A DNA stretch of 64,000 nt from Squalus acanthias. Taxonomy: Eukaryota. The notes under the pieces were generated by a model. That model was not told the origin of the DNA and made no database searches. It saw nothing but the letters and a program-made list of their open reading frames with translations. Each line of letters opens with the position of its first letter. Position 1 is the first letter of the stretch. The stretch lies in assembly GCA_030390025.1 (NCBI GenBank), contig CM059432.1, positions 123,258,001 to 123,322,000 on the forward strand. The letters run 5' to 3'. Positions 25,818 through 38,419 of this stretch are shown here, piece after piece. The translations under genes were made by a program, and so were the position numbers.

Positions 25818-26653
25818 TTACCTGCAGGACACCCAAACTAATGGCAAACCTAAGCCCCTCTGCTTCGTTTGCTTTCTCTTTAGAAAGACAAGTCAATTTT
25901 TTAATTTATTGAATTAGCTGTATTTGTGGATTCTTTTTCTGAATGAACCTAAAAGAGCGAATTTCTGCTCTGCTCCTCTGATCAATGGCTGGGTAAAAAT
26001 CACTTGTTAGCTGGGAGAATTAACCTCAGCCATAAAATACAGTGAAAGTCTGACAGCAACAAACTGCACTGTTTGGACTCGCTTCAAACCACTAGAAGAA
26101 CTTGGAATCGTTGTAAATGAACAGGAGGAAACAGGAGGAGTGAGTGCCAGTATCCATTTTCTCTATAAATCTGCAGCAGTTGAGCTAAATTTTACACAAT
26201 TAAAATGGTGAAAAGCGTAGATGTAGAGAAGTTATGCTGAACCTTTATAAAGCGCTGGTTAGGTCACAACTGGAGTATTGCATCCAGTTCTGGTCACCAC
26301 ACTTTAGGAAGGATGTGAAGGCCCTTGAGAGGGTGCAGAGGAGATTTACCAGAATGGTTCCGGGGATGGGGGATCTTAGCTACAAGGACAGGTTGGAGAA
26401 GCTGGATTTGTTTTCATTAGAGCAAAGGAGGTTGAGGGGTGATTTGATAGAGGTGTACAAGATTATGATGGGTTTGGATAGGCTAGACGAGGAAAGGCTG
26501 TTCCCACTAGTTGATGGTACAAGGACTAGGGGACACAGATTTAAGGTTTTGGGTAAGAGATGCAGGAGGGACGTGAGGAAAAACTTTTTTATGCAGCGAG
26601 TGGTGAGAAGTGGAACTCACTGCCGATGGAAGTGGTGGAAACGGAGATACTCT

Positions 26654-27375
26654 GGGCTGGATTTTGTCAATGGAGACATGCTGGAAGCAGGACTGCTGCT
26701 TGCCGGGTCTCAGTCCTGCCTCCATCAGCATCTGGCTAACCAGTGGGATTTTCCCTGATTGACCTTGTTAAGCCCGCCCAGTGGGCTCAGCAGGCCAATT
26801 AGGGGGAAGTCACTGACAGTGCACATCAACGTCTGACCTGCCATCTGTCAAGACTTCTTGAAAGAAGAAATGTCATCGTTTGACAGCTCTGTGAAGTTGT
26901 CAAACACTGACATTCTGTGTAGTTTGATGAGGCCTTGTGTTCAGGATTCATCAAACCTTTCTACTTTGTAGAACTCAGATGACTGTTGGATCGGAGGATC
27001 CAACAGCCAGTCTGTGAAATCTACAATGAAGATGTCGGGACTCCGGATCCACAGCTACCGAAGGCTGTAGGCAGAAACAAAGCTAAGTGAACATTTTCTA
27101 ACACTTAACACTCACCTCACATACTTACCACTCCACACTTACACCCATCACTCATCTCTACATTGCACTTTCAGACCCCTCCAACCCCCGCAGACCTACT
27201 ACTTGACTCCTCCACCCCGGTAGGGTTCTCCGAGGTCCGGGGCAGGACGGCTTCCTGCCTCCTGACAAAAGGGCATGGAGGCGGGTTGGGGGCGGGTTTG
27301 CCAGCCACCCCCACTTTCTGGAACTTTACCGGCAGTCCCACCTCCATACCCGCCTCCTCTGGGCTGGCAAAATTT
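26654..27375. mobile_element. Harbinger-type MITE, right TIR truncated (same family as 38420-39258, opposite orientation)
   Basis: Starts GGGCTGGATTTTGTCAATGG, matching the reverse complement of 39258-39200. Confidence 0.75.
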
Positions 27376-27529
27376 GTTTTCAAGGGGAGACTGGATAGGT
27401 ACTTGAGGGAAATAAACTTGCAGGGCTACGGGATAGAGCGGGGGAATGGGACTGACTGGATTGCTCCACAGAGAGCTGGCACGGACTCAATGGGCCGAAT
27501 GGCCTCCTTCTGTGCCGTTATGACTCTAT

Positions 27530-28939
27530 GGGGGTGATTTTCCCAGCCCCGAGGAGGCGGGTTTGGAGGTGGGACAGTTGGCAAAATGGCAAAAACTGAG
27601 GGCGGGTTCAGAACCCGCCTCCAAACAATTTTGCCGGAGGCAGGTTTAATGGGTGCGATTCGGTCCCGCCTCCATCAGTCGGGAGAGGTAGTTAAGACCC
27701 TTAAATAGTAATTAAGGGCCTCTATAATCCTATTTTGACAGGCCTTTGTTATTTTACCACATTTTCAGCATGTTGCACGACCCTCCTAAACCACGCCAGC
27801 TAATCCTGGCGGGTTGACAAGTGGGTGGCCTCCTCACAGCTGCAGCTCCACCATTAAAACGGAGCTTTCATCAGGGAGCAGTTGCAGGTGGCAGAACTTT
27901 TGTTCCAAAGGTCTTTCAGCACTTTTAGCAGGCCTACCGAAGTCGGAGGTGCTGCAGCTTCTATCTCTCAACTGTGGGACCTCCTTGGAAGACCCTCTCC
28001 CTGCTTGGACTGAGCGCTTATCTGCCAGCAGCATGGGAACCATTCATTTCCTTTCACCATGGACCTCAGATTTGGATGAGGAGCAGCCACGGCAGCAGCA
28101 GAACCAGGCAGCTCAGCAGCAGGAGCCCCAACCTCCTGCTCACCCATCTGATGTTGCACAGGGCAGAAGGCGCCAGCACATGGAAGCACGTCGTGCAAGG
28201 AATGCACTCATCCTGGCCAGATTTGCACAGGTTGCCCATTGTGGCACATGTGCTTGGCTCCTTCTTAACACATGACAGACAATGGACATGACTCTCTGGC
28301 CTCCTTTCACTGACCACCAACCTGACCACGCAAGTGTCGCGGAGCCTGCAATGTGGAGCTGCCTAAGCCGAAATAACAGATGCCATCACGCCAACAGTTT
28401 GCCATCACCTAATTTTAATACATTCCCACAGGGATGGCATTTCATCAATAAACAGAAGCAATCACCCAATCTGCACACAGATCTGGAGGTTATATCCCTT
28501 GCCAGCTGGACCCACACAGCCTTGGTTTCTTTGGGAGGCCTCTTCCTCCCAGATGAGGGGAAGAGCACCTCCCTGCTGGCTCTCGCCCCCTCAATCAGCA
28601 TACCCAGTGCCTCATCCGAGAACCTCGGGGAGGCCCTTGTCTTGGAGCTGGCCATTCTTCAAGGAGAGAACAGCTTGGAGGTGGTGCAGCATCGACCAAA
28701 AACCAGTGTAATGAGCCAAGGCAGCAAGCAGCCCTTAAATGAAGCTGGATAAGTGATGTCAGCAGAGGCGAGTTTCAGTCCCAAAACACTAATTGGCCCA
28801 GGGGAACCCACACCTTTGAAATCAACTGGCCAATTAGGGGAAAATCGCAAATTTTTCCCACCTGACAGTGGAGGCGGGTTTGGAACCCACCCAAACCGAA
28901 ACCCGCCTCCAACTCGCCTCCATTGGGAAAATCGCCCCC
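27530..28939 (-). mobile_element. Non-autonomous Harbinger deletion derivative retaining Myb-like exon 1, inserted in a CR1 tail
   Basis: TIRs GGGGGTGATTTTCCCA / TGGGAAAATCGCCCCC, TSD TAT. ORF 28655-28386 reads PRFSDEALGMLIEGARASREVLFPSSGRKRPPKETKAVWVQLA. Confidence 0.88.
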
Positions 28940-30049
28940 TATGACTCTATGTAAATTGATATGTTCTGCAATGTAAAGAAAGAACTTTGATGTCAATTTA
29001 AACATATATATTGATTCAATTTGCCTGCAGGAAAAGTCAAAATTAAAAAAGGATTAAGCTCCAAGTCAAGTCAAGGCTTAACTGAATGCCTCTGATTGCT
29101 TATTATTTTCAACAGGTTATTGGGAATATAGGCCTGTGTGGAATAAATGTTAACATACAGCTTGTCCTGGTTTAGGAACTCCTGTTTTACATCATAGCGT
29201 TGATTACTGGATCCTGCTAATTAATTGCTTATTAAATGATGTTCGCTTCTGGTGTCCTCACTAAATGTGCTAAGAATGTTTTATGCTTATCTAAAGTCAT
29301 TAGAGAAATCTTTCATTTGTTAAATTGATGATGTATATGTATGATAGAGTCCTTTTAAAAAAAGTGCTTTAGAGCAGTTTAATGTTTTAATACAGTTTCA
29401 TTCCTAATGAATTATTTCCCAGTTTATTTTAGTGTTTGGGCCAATGCGCTGGGAGATTTGGCCTGTGGTTGATGGATGCTGAAAGTGGTCATTAAACATT
29501 TGTTTTTACCTAATAGCTCAGCTTACCGTGATTGTGTGCTTCATTATGTTGCCCACAGTGATATGGTGATCACACACACACACACTGCGTAATTGTGTCA
29601 TTACCGCTCCAGTTTCATTATTACAATTTTAATATTTCAGCTGCAGTCAGGGGTTTGAATTCTGGTGAGGATTATCCCGATCGGCTGCTGTGGAAGCCAG
29701 GAGAAATGGCGCAAACACGGATGATGCCGTTTTCCCGGAGTTTCCATGGCTCTTCCACCAAAGTTATGGTGGATGATCGGGAGAATCCCCGTGGAAATAC
29801 ACCTCCATAGTTTTACGTACAAGTCATTTTCATTTGAACTCCATTGATGACACCCTTAATGCTCTTTGACCTTTGACTGACAAAGCCCAATAGAATTTCC
29901 TGTTTTGAGGCTAACTGTGATTAGACCCAATATACTCTTTGACTGCACGTATCCACATCCAGTAGAGTCCTAATGAAGCTTGCGGAAAATCCTAACTTGT
30001 ATTATAGTTAAAGTAAAATCTCTGGGTTATCGGAGATAAAAATAACGCA

Positions 30050-30225
30050 GTATATTTTCGCCTGGATCATGCAGCAGTAATCTGGTGGAGCAGATCACCT
30101 GCCCATGATAGAACCCACCCGATAGTCACTGCACTGAAATCAATGCAATGAAAGTCGGACGGGTTCCATAACAGGCAGGCGATCTGCTCCGGTAGATTAC
30201 CACCCACGCGGCGAGAATTTGTCCC
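30050..30225. mobile_element. Short palindromic MITE
   Basis: Arms gtaatctggtggagcagatcacctgcc / ggcaggcgatctgctccggtagattac around a tgcactgaaatcaatgca centre. Confidence 0.65.
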
Positions 30226-31313
30226 AATATATTTGTCAATCATTGCTTCATCTCTTTTGCACGCGAGCATTAAATAATTACTTGCATAGTGGAAAATTGG
30301 GCGGGGAGGACTGCACACCCACAACGGGGCCTGCCCAATTAATCTGTCTATTAATTTAAATGAACGGATAATCGGGTGGGCTCCATCCTGGGTGTGAGAT
30401 CCCCCATGCTTAATCTTCTTCAACGTACTCCACCTAGGCAAGTATCGCCCAAATGCCCAAACACAAAATCTGTCCCATTTATGTCATTTTAACTTTGCCT
30501 ATGCATGAGCTTGTAGGCCCTGCCTCAGGAGCTAGCTTATCCAATTTATTCAAATGAGCCCAGAGGCCCAATTTCGGGTGAGCCTCGGGCCTCCCACTTT
30601 GTGCCATAAACGGGCCATAACTAATTTCTACCCCAGGGTTTCAAACTGAAGACTGAGAGGCAATCAGAGAGGGTCGGCAAGGCCTTCAAATGTCTGTTTG
30701 TTTGTGGGCGATGTGTTCCAGGCACAGCGTCTCAGGAATTCTGTATCTTTGGATATTTGTACATAGGATGTGGGCAATCCTGGCAAGACCACATTTATTG
30801 CCCATCCCTAGCTGCCCTGAGAAGGTGGTGGTGGGGCCTTCTCTTTGAACTGCAGCTTCTTGAGATGTAACCCTTAGGGCCAATTTATTGAATTTGCGCC
30901 AATGACAAGGAGCTTCATCTATCAACTGCACCTACGGGCAATAGTGGGCAGCACAGCCTGCCTTCTACACAAACTCAGAAATTTACTCCCTATATATTTT
31001 CTGTATTTGTTGACATACTCGTATTTTAATTCCACTGCTGTATATTAATACAAAAATATTTTCTGCTTTTGTTCAGGTAGTTGACATTGTCTTTTGGAAT
31101 TTAGGATGGGGGAAGTCTCTGGGAATGTGTCAATATTGTGTTGGGTGTTGTTGGGTGGTTGATTTGTTCGAACTAGCAGGTTCTAGAGATTTCATTAATT
31201 AGTTAGAAGATGATGATGATGATGCAGATTACAGCCATTTAGATCTAATGAACTTGTAATGTGACCATTAATTACTGCAGTTATATTGAGAGGAAGCTCA
31301 ATAACATGATTAC

Positions 31314-31503
31314 CTGCCAGCCTCAAACGTGAACCAAGTTGAGTCTCTTCCATACCGTCTGAGAGAGCTGAGCGGCCACATAACAAGCTTCACTCTGGGG
31401 TTGTGGATATCCCACAGGTAAATGTTCTCATGTGTGATCTGCATGGTGCATTCTCCGTAAATGTCCAAGTTGGGTGTTGGCATCAAGTACACGTTGAACC
31501 GCT
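31314..31503 (-). CDS. DOK6: Docking protein 6, internal coding exon (IRS-type PTB domain; equivalent to mammalian exon 5)
   Basis: Translates (E)[62 protein letters not shown](R). [15 protein letters not shown] and VMWPLSS favour DOK6 over DOK4/DOK5. Acceptor tgtttgtttcag|AG, donor GGCAG|gtaatc. 190 nt, joins the 60991 exon in frame. Confidence 0.96.
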
Positions 31504-31525
31504 CTGAAACAAACAACAGAAATGA

Positions 31526-31980
31526 GATTTACATAGTCTTACATAGTGTTCACAGCACAGAAACAGGCCATTCGGCCCAACTGGTCCATGTTGGTGTTTA
31601 TGTTCCACATGAGCCTCCTCCCACCCCTCTTCATCTAACCCCATCAACATATCCTTCTATTCCTTTCTCCTCATGTGTTTATCTAGCTTCCCCTTAAATG
31701 CATTTATGCTATTCACTTCAACTACTCCCTGTGGTAGTGAGTTCTACATTCTATCCACTCTCTGGGTAAAGAAATTTCTCCTGATTTCCCTATTGGATTT
31801 ATTAGTGACTATCTTATATTTATAGCCCCTAGTTCTGGTCTCGTCTGCAAGTGGAAACATCTTCTTTACGTTTACCCTATCAAACTGTTTCATAATCTTA
31901 AGACCTCTATTAGGTTACCTCTGTCTTCTCTTTTCTAGAGAAAAGAGCCCCAGCCTGTTCAATCTTTCCTGATAGGTATA
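31526..31980 (-). mobile_element. CR1 3' fragment abutting the DOK6 PTB-exon acceptor
   Basis: acagcacagaaacaggccattcggcccaac...ccactctctgggtaaagaaatttctcc; homologous to 16925-17352. Confidence 0.85.
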
Positions 31981-33039
31981 ACGTTGTAAACTGTATCCTC
32001 ATTATAAGACTCTTGGTCATAACTCAATGGCAAGTTTGATCTGGGTCACTGCTGGAGACCATGACATAAAAAGAAAGATCAATCCTATTTACCAGAGCAA
32101 TGTACAGTTTCACATTGTGAGTTAATATCTATGGCACCATATAAGACTGTTTTCTGGTACATTTAAGGACCACCTGTTAGGCCGTATATAGACCTGGTTT
32201 TCCTAAATGCAGCCAACGCCAGGCAAACCAATATTGCAGAGGGGGCCTCAAACAGGTGTTTGAATAAGACTGAATGCCTGTTTTAGGCGTGGACCCTAGA
32301 TGCCTATATGTTTGCCTACACCAATATGGCAGGCAGCACACTTCCGGCTCATAATGAGTTCATGCTTCCTGCCTGCTATATTGGAGGCTTAGGCACCTGA
32401 AAAACTGGCGTGACGCCATCCAAGTTGTAGACCATTGAGACCAACTGTAGCCTCCCTACCACTGCCTCAGCTAACTGAGTATGATTAGGAACCTTCTGCG
32501 CCTTCAAGTTTCAATACCACAACAAATACCAGTAAGCCATCAAAGGAGCTCCCCTTTAATATCCAACAGCTTATATAGAGTGCTCCTCTTTTCGGAAATA
32601 TTGCTTTCCAGAGATGAGAAGAAGGTAGGCACCAAGAGGGAAAGAACAGATCGAATGAAGTTAGGGGACAAGGTCAAAAGATTTGTTGAATAATAGTCTT
32701 CAATAGGCTTTTGTGAGCAGGAAAGATAAAGGTAAGGCAGAGGGACTTTGAGAAGGAGATCCAGATGGCTGAATGAACATCTCCAAGTGATTAAGAGAAG
32801 AGGATGGGAAACAAGGAGTAGCCAAGTATCAGAGGAATTAAAGATGCAAACAGAAACCTAAAGCTGTAGGAAGTCACTGGGGTGGTCCGCGAAGGCACCT
32901 GAACGTAAGGAAAAGGATTTTGAAGTTGATTTGTAGGGGTACAGAGAGCAAGTAAAGCCTGATGAGCAGCTGGACCGCAGCCAGTGCTATTGGGCCTCAC
33001 TTTCCTCGGCCCAAACTGGTCACGACTGCAGGATCATCC

Positions 33040-34855
33040 TAGAGAGCAAAGATAACCTCTGGCTACTTTTCTCCACTGCCAACTGTCTCTTTAAACCCCC
33101 CATTCTGCTCATTTCATCTTCTGATCCAACAAGTGCAAGAAGTTCATGGACTTCTCAGTTCATTGCCTCTGCTGCTTCCCCTTGCCACAAAGTCAAACCA
33201 TCCCACAGGTTACCCCTGCACGAGCCCTGGACCCGGATCTTTCTCTCGTCTCTCTCTAAACTCCATTCATGCCCTCTCCGAGCTCGTCTTGTTGTTAATA
33301 CCCATCTTCTGTTCCATTGAAACCATTCCCATTAAACTTCTGACCATCCAACTTCTGTTCCTAGCCCCCATGCTAGTTGACATTGTAAATGGTTACATCC
33401 TTGCAGGTACTCATCCTAACTTTCAAAACCACCATCATCCCCCTCCTCAAAATAACCACGCTCGACCCCTCTGTTCTTGCAAGCTACCGTTCCATCTCCA
33501 ATGTTCCTTTCCTCTCCAAAGTCCTTGAACGTGTTGTTGCCTTCCAAATCTGTGCCCAGCTTTCCCACAACTCCATTTTGAATCTTTCCAGTCAGCTTTC
33601 TACCTTGTCAAAGCACTGAAACAGTCTTAATCAAAGTCACAAATGACATCTTCCGTGACTATGGTGCACTATCCCTACTTGACCTCTCTGGAGGTTGACC
33701 ACACCATCCTCCTCAAATGCCTCTGCTCTATTGTCCAGCTCAGTGGGACTGCATTTGCTTGGTTCCACTCTTACCTATCCAATTTTAGCCTGAGCATCTC
33801 CAGTAATAACTTCTCTTCCCACCCCACGTAATGCTACATCTGGAGTGCCCCAAGGATCTCTCCTTGGCCGTTCCTGTTCCTCATCTACACACTGCCTCTT
33901 AGCAACATCGTCCAAAGATATCGGAGCAGCTTCCACATGTATGCAGATGACATCCAGCTCAACACTCCACCACTTCTCTGACCCCGCCACGGCCTTTATA
34001 TTGTTACACTGCTTGTCTGACATCCAGTCTTGGATGAGTTGCAGTTAAACAATTGGAAAGGCGAAGCCATTGTCCTTGGCCCCCAAGGGCCTCCGTACCC
34101 TTGTGAGAATTTCCATTCCCTTTCCCAGCCACTAATTCAGACTGAACCAAACTGTTCAGAATCTCACTGTCCTATTTGACCCTGAGCTGAGCTTCAGACA
34201 GAATATTCACTTCCATCACAAAGACCGTCTACTTCTACCTATGTAACATTGTCCGTCTCTGCCCCTATCTCAGCCCACCTGTCACTGAAACCCTCATCCA
34301 TGCCTTTGTCACCTCTAGATTCAACTATTCCAATGCTCTCCTAGCTGGCCTCCAAACCTGCACCCACCATAAGCTTCAGCTTATCTAAAACCCTGCTGCT
34401 TGTATCCTATCTCGCACTTTCCCGCTCACCCATCACTCCTGTCCTTGCTAAGCTACATTGGTTTCCGGTACCCCAACGCCTCCAATTTAAAATTCTCATT
34501 TTCATGTTTAAATTCCTGCATGGCCTTACTCCTCCTTATCTCTGTCACCTCCTCCAGCCCTACAACCCTCCAGAATTCTCTGTTCCTCTAAGTCTAGACT
34601 GTTGTTCATCCTCTTATCCCTTTGTCCCACTATTGCCAGCTGTGCCCTCAGCCTCTTAGGCTGTTCCAGAATTCCCTCCCTAAATATTTACGGCTCTCCA
34701 TCTCCTTCTGCTCATTTAAGACCCTCCTCTTTGACTACCCCTCCGAATATCTCCTTCTATGACTCGGCATTAATTTTTTGTCTTATTCCACCATTGTGAA
34801 GCACCTTGGGACGGTTTTCTACATTAAAGACGCTATAGAAATGCAAGTTATTGTT
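33040..34855 (+). mobile_element. Old L2-clade LINE, RT and 3' end
   Basis: LDPSVLASYRSISNVPFLSKVLERVVA, GVPQGSLLG, YADDIQL (tatgcagatgacatccagctc), tail gctatagaaatgcaagttattgtt. Confidence 0.85.
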
Positions 34856-35013
34856 AAGGTCCAAGACAATAGAAGTGAAAGGCTTTGAGAAGCTAAGACA
34901 AAACCAGTAGCACACTGAAAAAGTTGCAGTTTGTGGAGGCTAGCTAGTAAAGTATTGGTAAAATCAAGCCTCAAGATGATAAAGGCATGGCCATGAATTC
35001 CCTCGGACTCTAT

Positions 35014-36798
35014 GGCTGAGATTTTGCCTACCGAGGCGGGTCCGGTGCGGACGGGGTCGGTGGCGCGGTGCGACCCCGCTGCTGGCTCCATCACACTCTG
35101 TGAAAATAATTTTACGTTGATTGGGCTTGTTAAGCCTGCCCAGTGCATTTCCCGGCCAATTGAAGGAAGCGGGTCTGGTGACATCATTTGATGACACGTC
35201 ATCAGCCGGTTTCCTTAAAGGGACCATGCACAAATTGTTTTTGACAGTTCCACTGTTAGTGTTCTGCAGCATTGAGGTGTTGCAAACACTGACAAGCACT
35301 TCACAGAGGTGCACGGCTGCACCCAGGCTCTCCCATGACTCCCTCCATATGCTTATGCAGGGAGTCACAGCACGCATGGAGGTCCTCTTCCCTTCCAATG
35401 GGCGGAAGAGACCTCCCCAGGACACCAACGCAGCCTGGTTGCACATTGCACAGGAGGGCAAAAGCAGGGATGTCGTCAGGAGGACCAGGCTGCAGTGGCG
35501 CAAACCTATCAATGATCTCAGTAGATCACGAAACGTTACTGCAAAGCCACACTCAACCTCATCCTGCTGTGCCACTCATCACATCCCCATCACTCTGCCT
35601 TCCCTACCCTACTCCTGCATATCCTTATTCACACCAACTTACCTTGCACCTCCACCCATCCCTCTGTATCTACATTATTACTTCCCCATCTGACTAGTCA
35701 CCCCTCACACTCACCCGCATCCTAGTCCAATCATATCATCTAACAACACACAAGGGTAGGCACTTGGATGTTTTAGCCAATGTTCTTGTGAAGTTTCTGT
35801 TAATGTGGTGTCAAACATTGAAATCTTTATTTTCAACACTTTGCGTTCTTGGACAGATTTGTGTGCACCTTTAGAAGTGGTTTAGTGAGTTGCAGTGAAT
35901 GGTGAGACATAACGGTATTCCCCGCAATGGCGATGAGTGTGAAAGGAATGGCTTGGGCATTGTAGGGATGCTTTATGGTGTTGGTGTGGGGTGGTGCCAA
36001 CCTGGCGCATCATGTGGCAGCCAGAGTGTACAGCAGCAAGTGAAGTAAATTTGGCCATGCTGAGGCCATCCCTGGCGTCCCGGGCAGCAATATGGTCGGG
36101 TGCTGATGCCCTCTGTCCTGTGCAGCATCAGGTGATTGCGGAGAAGGTTGGTGTTGTTGTTGGCGCTGCTGGTGTGCCTGGTGCTGCTGGTGTTGGGGCT
36201 GATCGTGGTGGGATTCTGAGGACCAAGGTGAGATAGTTTCAAGGGCACCGATGCTGATTGAATAGATGGCAGGTGAGGTTGAGATGACAGAAGCGATCTG
36301 TCAATGGTGAGACAGGTTGTTCTAATGAGGTGACACTGGATAGAGAGTTTACTCCAAACACTTGTAAGCTGCATAAAGCTCAATCTGTCTTCCAAATGCA
36401 GTAAGCAACAGCTTCTAACCTTGGAAAGTGAACACCTATGAAATGGGAGCTTTTACAGACCATTTGCAGCTGTCACGTTTAGAAATCATCCTATGCTGAC
36501 ACAACACCCGACCTCCTTACCTGACGTGATCCCCGAGCAACAGGGAAGCTGTTGGCGAACTCTAAAAATCTAAAGGTAAGCTTAAAATAGTATTTAATTG
36601 TCTTTTAACAATCTAGCTAATGATCGAAATTGCCTCCCCCACTGCTTGGTGTCGAGTCTGTTCTGCAATGACAGACCTGGCATCTGGGAGACTCGTGTGG
36701 AGGCGGGTTGACAGCGGGTTCTCTACCCGGTCAAAAAAAAATGTTTCCCAGCCGACCCGCCACCAAACGCCTCTGCTGACCCCCGAAAAATTCCCCCC
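35014..36798 (+). mobile_element. Non-autonomous Harbinger derivative retaining Myb-like exon 1 and transposase termini
   Basis: Ends GGCTGAGATTTTGCC...GAAAAATTCCCCCC, flanks TAT/TAC. ORF APRLSHDSLHMLMQGV...AAWLHIAQE...RTRLQWRKPINDL. Confidence 0.82.
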
Positions 36799-36899
36799 TA
36801 CACTTTTGGAAGTGCAACGGAATCCTCGTCTACTGGCTTAAACGGGGTTTTCACCGCACGGTGGAAATCCAGGGTCATGGATTATTAAAGTTTGGATGG

Positions 36900-37310
36900 A
36901 AGTGGGGAAGAAGGGGTGTAAGCAGGCCACCTTGTGAAGAAAAAGACTTGGGATGTGAGATGTAAATTCAATTCAGGATGAAGCAACGTGCCAAGTTCTG
37001 CAACAGTAGAGAGGTTGATGGAGTTCAAGACAGAGACAAGCAGGAGCTGATGGGACGCAAAATGAATGACTTCACTTTTGCCTACGTTAAACTGGAGGAA
37101 ATTCTGATTCAGCCAAGATTTTATGTCAGATAGGCAGTTGGAGAGCTGAGGAACAGCCATGGGATAAAGTAAGGAGATTGAAAGGTAAAACTGGAACCAG
37201 GCCTCTGGATGATGACACCATGTGGAAGCATAGAGATGATGAAGAAGAGGGGACGGAGAAGTGACCGTGCAATAAAAGGAGAAGGTGTGAATCGAACCAG
37301 GAGAGAACAG
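36900..37310 (-). mobile_element. Old L2-like LINE fragment
   Basis: LSNCLSDIKSWLNQNFLQFNVGKSEVIHF. Confidence 0.7.
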
Positions 37311-37873
37311 TGCCACAAAAGCTGCTTCTTCTGCTACGGTACATGTGGGGTTAAAAATTAGGTTCCATCACACTCGTTGGCCCAACTTGTTTTGTTACAC
37401 AACAACCTTAGAGCAGACCCTAGCTCCCTTTCTGTCTGATTTTGGACTGATTTGGGGCAGGTGAGGGCAGCGATCCACTGGCTCACCGCTGCTTGTCATC
37501 CAGACAAAATCTTCCACTCACAAACCTTTCCATCTTCTCCCAATAATTCCTTTAATTGCAAATCTATTCCAGAGATCCTTCTAATCTCCATTTCCATTTG
37601 AGGCCTGTTAATTTTCTAACTGTGCCTTGTAGTTCTGTGATCAATTTAAATAGGCTACTTTCATGTATATTATCTCAGCACTTTAAAAGGTTGGATCGCA
37701 TCTCTTAGTCTTTTCACTAATGGAAACAGAATGTTACACGATCTCCAATATAAAACAAATATTTAAACCTTACTACAAAAGCAAAATACTGCGGATGCTG
37801 GAAATCTGAAATAGAAACAGAAAATGGTGGAAACACTCAGCAGGTCAGGCAGCATCTGTGGAGAGAGAAACAG

Positions 37874-37910
37874 AGTTAACATTTCAGGTTGATGACCCTT
37901 CATCAGAACT
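37874..37910 (-). ncRNA. Minimal type I hammerhead ribozyme-like motif in the inverted pLTR
   Basis: AGUU-CUGAUGA-AGG(GUCAUCAA)CCU-GAAA-U-GUU-AACU: core boxes, stem II AGG/CCU, stem I AGUU/AACU. Confidence 0.55.
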
Positions 37911-38386
37911 GGAAAAAGTTAGAGATGTAACAGGTTTTAAGCAAGTGCAGAGGCTTCCGGTCGCCTGTCACTTTAATTCTCCGCTCCACTCCCACTCTGA
38001 CCTCTCTGTCCTCGGACTCTTACACTGTTCCAACGAAGCTCAACGTTAACTTGAGGAACAGCACCTCATCTTTCGATTAGGCACTTTACAGCCTTCTGGA
38101 CTCAACATCGAGTTCAACAATTTCAGACCATAACCTCTGCCCCTATATTTCACATGACAGCTGTTGATGTTTCTGCGATTCCCATTTATACCTCTTCTAG
38201 ACACATCTTTTGTTTCTTTACTTGTCCCATTACCATCTCCTTTTGCCTTGCACCATCATCCCTTTTCTCATTTAATCTCTCCTGCCTTCCACCCTATCAC
38301 AGACTGTCTCTTTTGTTCTTTCCTCCCCTCCCAACTTTCCCTGCCCCTGTACTTGCTTAAAATCTGTTGCATCTGTAACATTTTCC

Positions 38387-38419
38387 AGTTCTGACGAAGG
38401 GCCATTGACCTGAAACGTA
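38387..38419 (+). ncRNA. Hammerhead ribozyme-like motif split by a MITE insertion
   Basis: AGUU-CUGACGA-AGG(GCCAUUGA)CCU-GAAAC-GUA|MITE|GUU-AACU (resumes 39259). Confidence 0.55.

Larger units (their letters stand above)
26225..28951 (+). mobile_element. CR1 3' fragment (same subfamily as 8604-10633) interrupted by two Harbinger elements
   Basis: MLNLYKALVRSQLEYC...GDLSYKDRLEKLDLFSLEQRRLRGDL is almost identical to ORF 9384-8677. Resumes at ~27376. Tail (GACTCTAT)n on both sides of 27530-28939. Confidence 0.92.
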
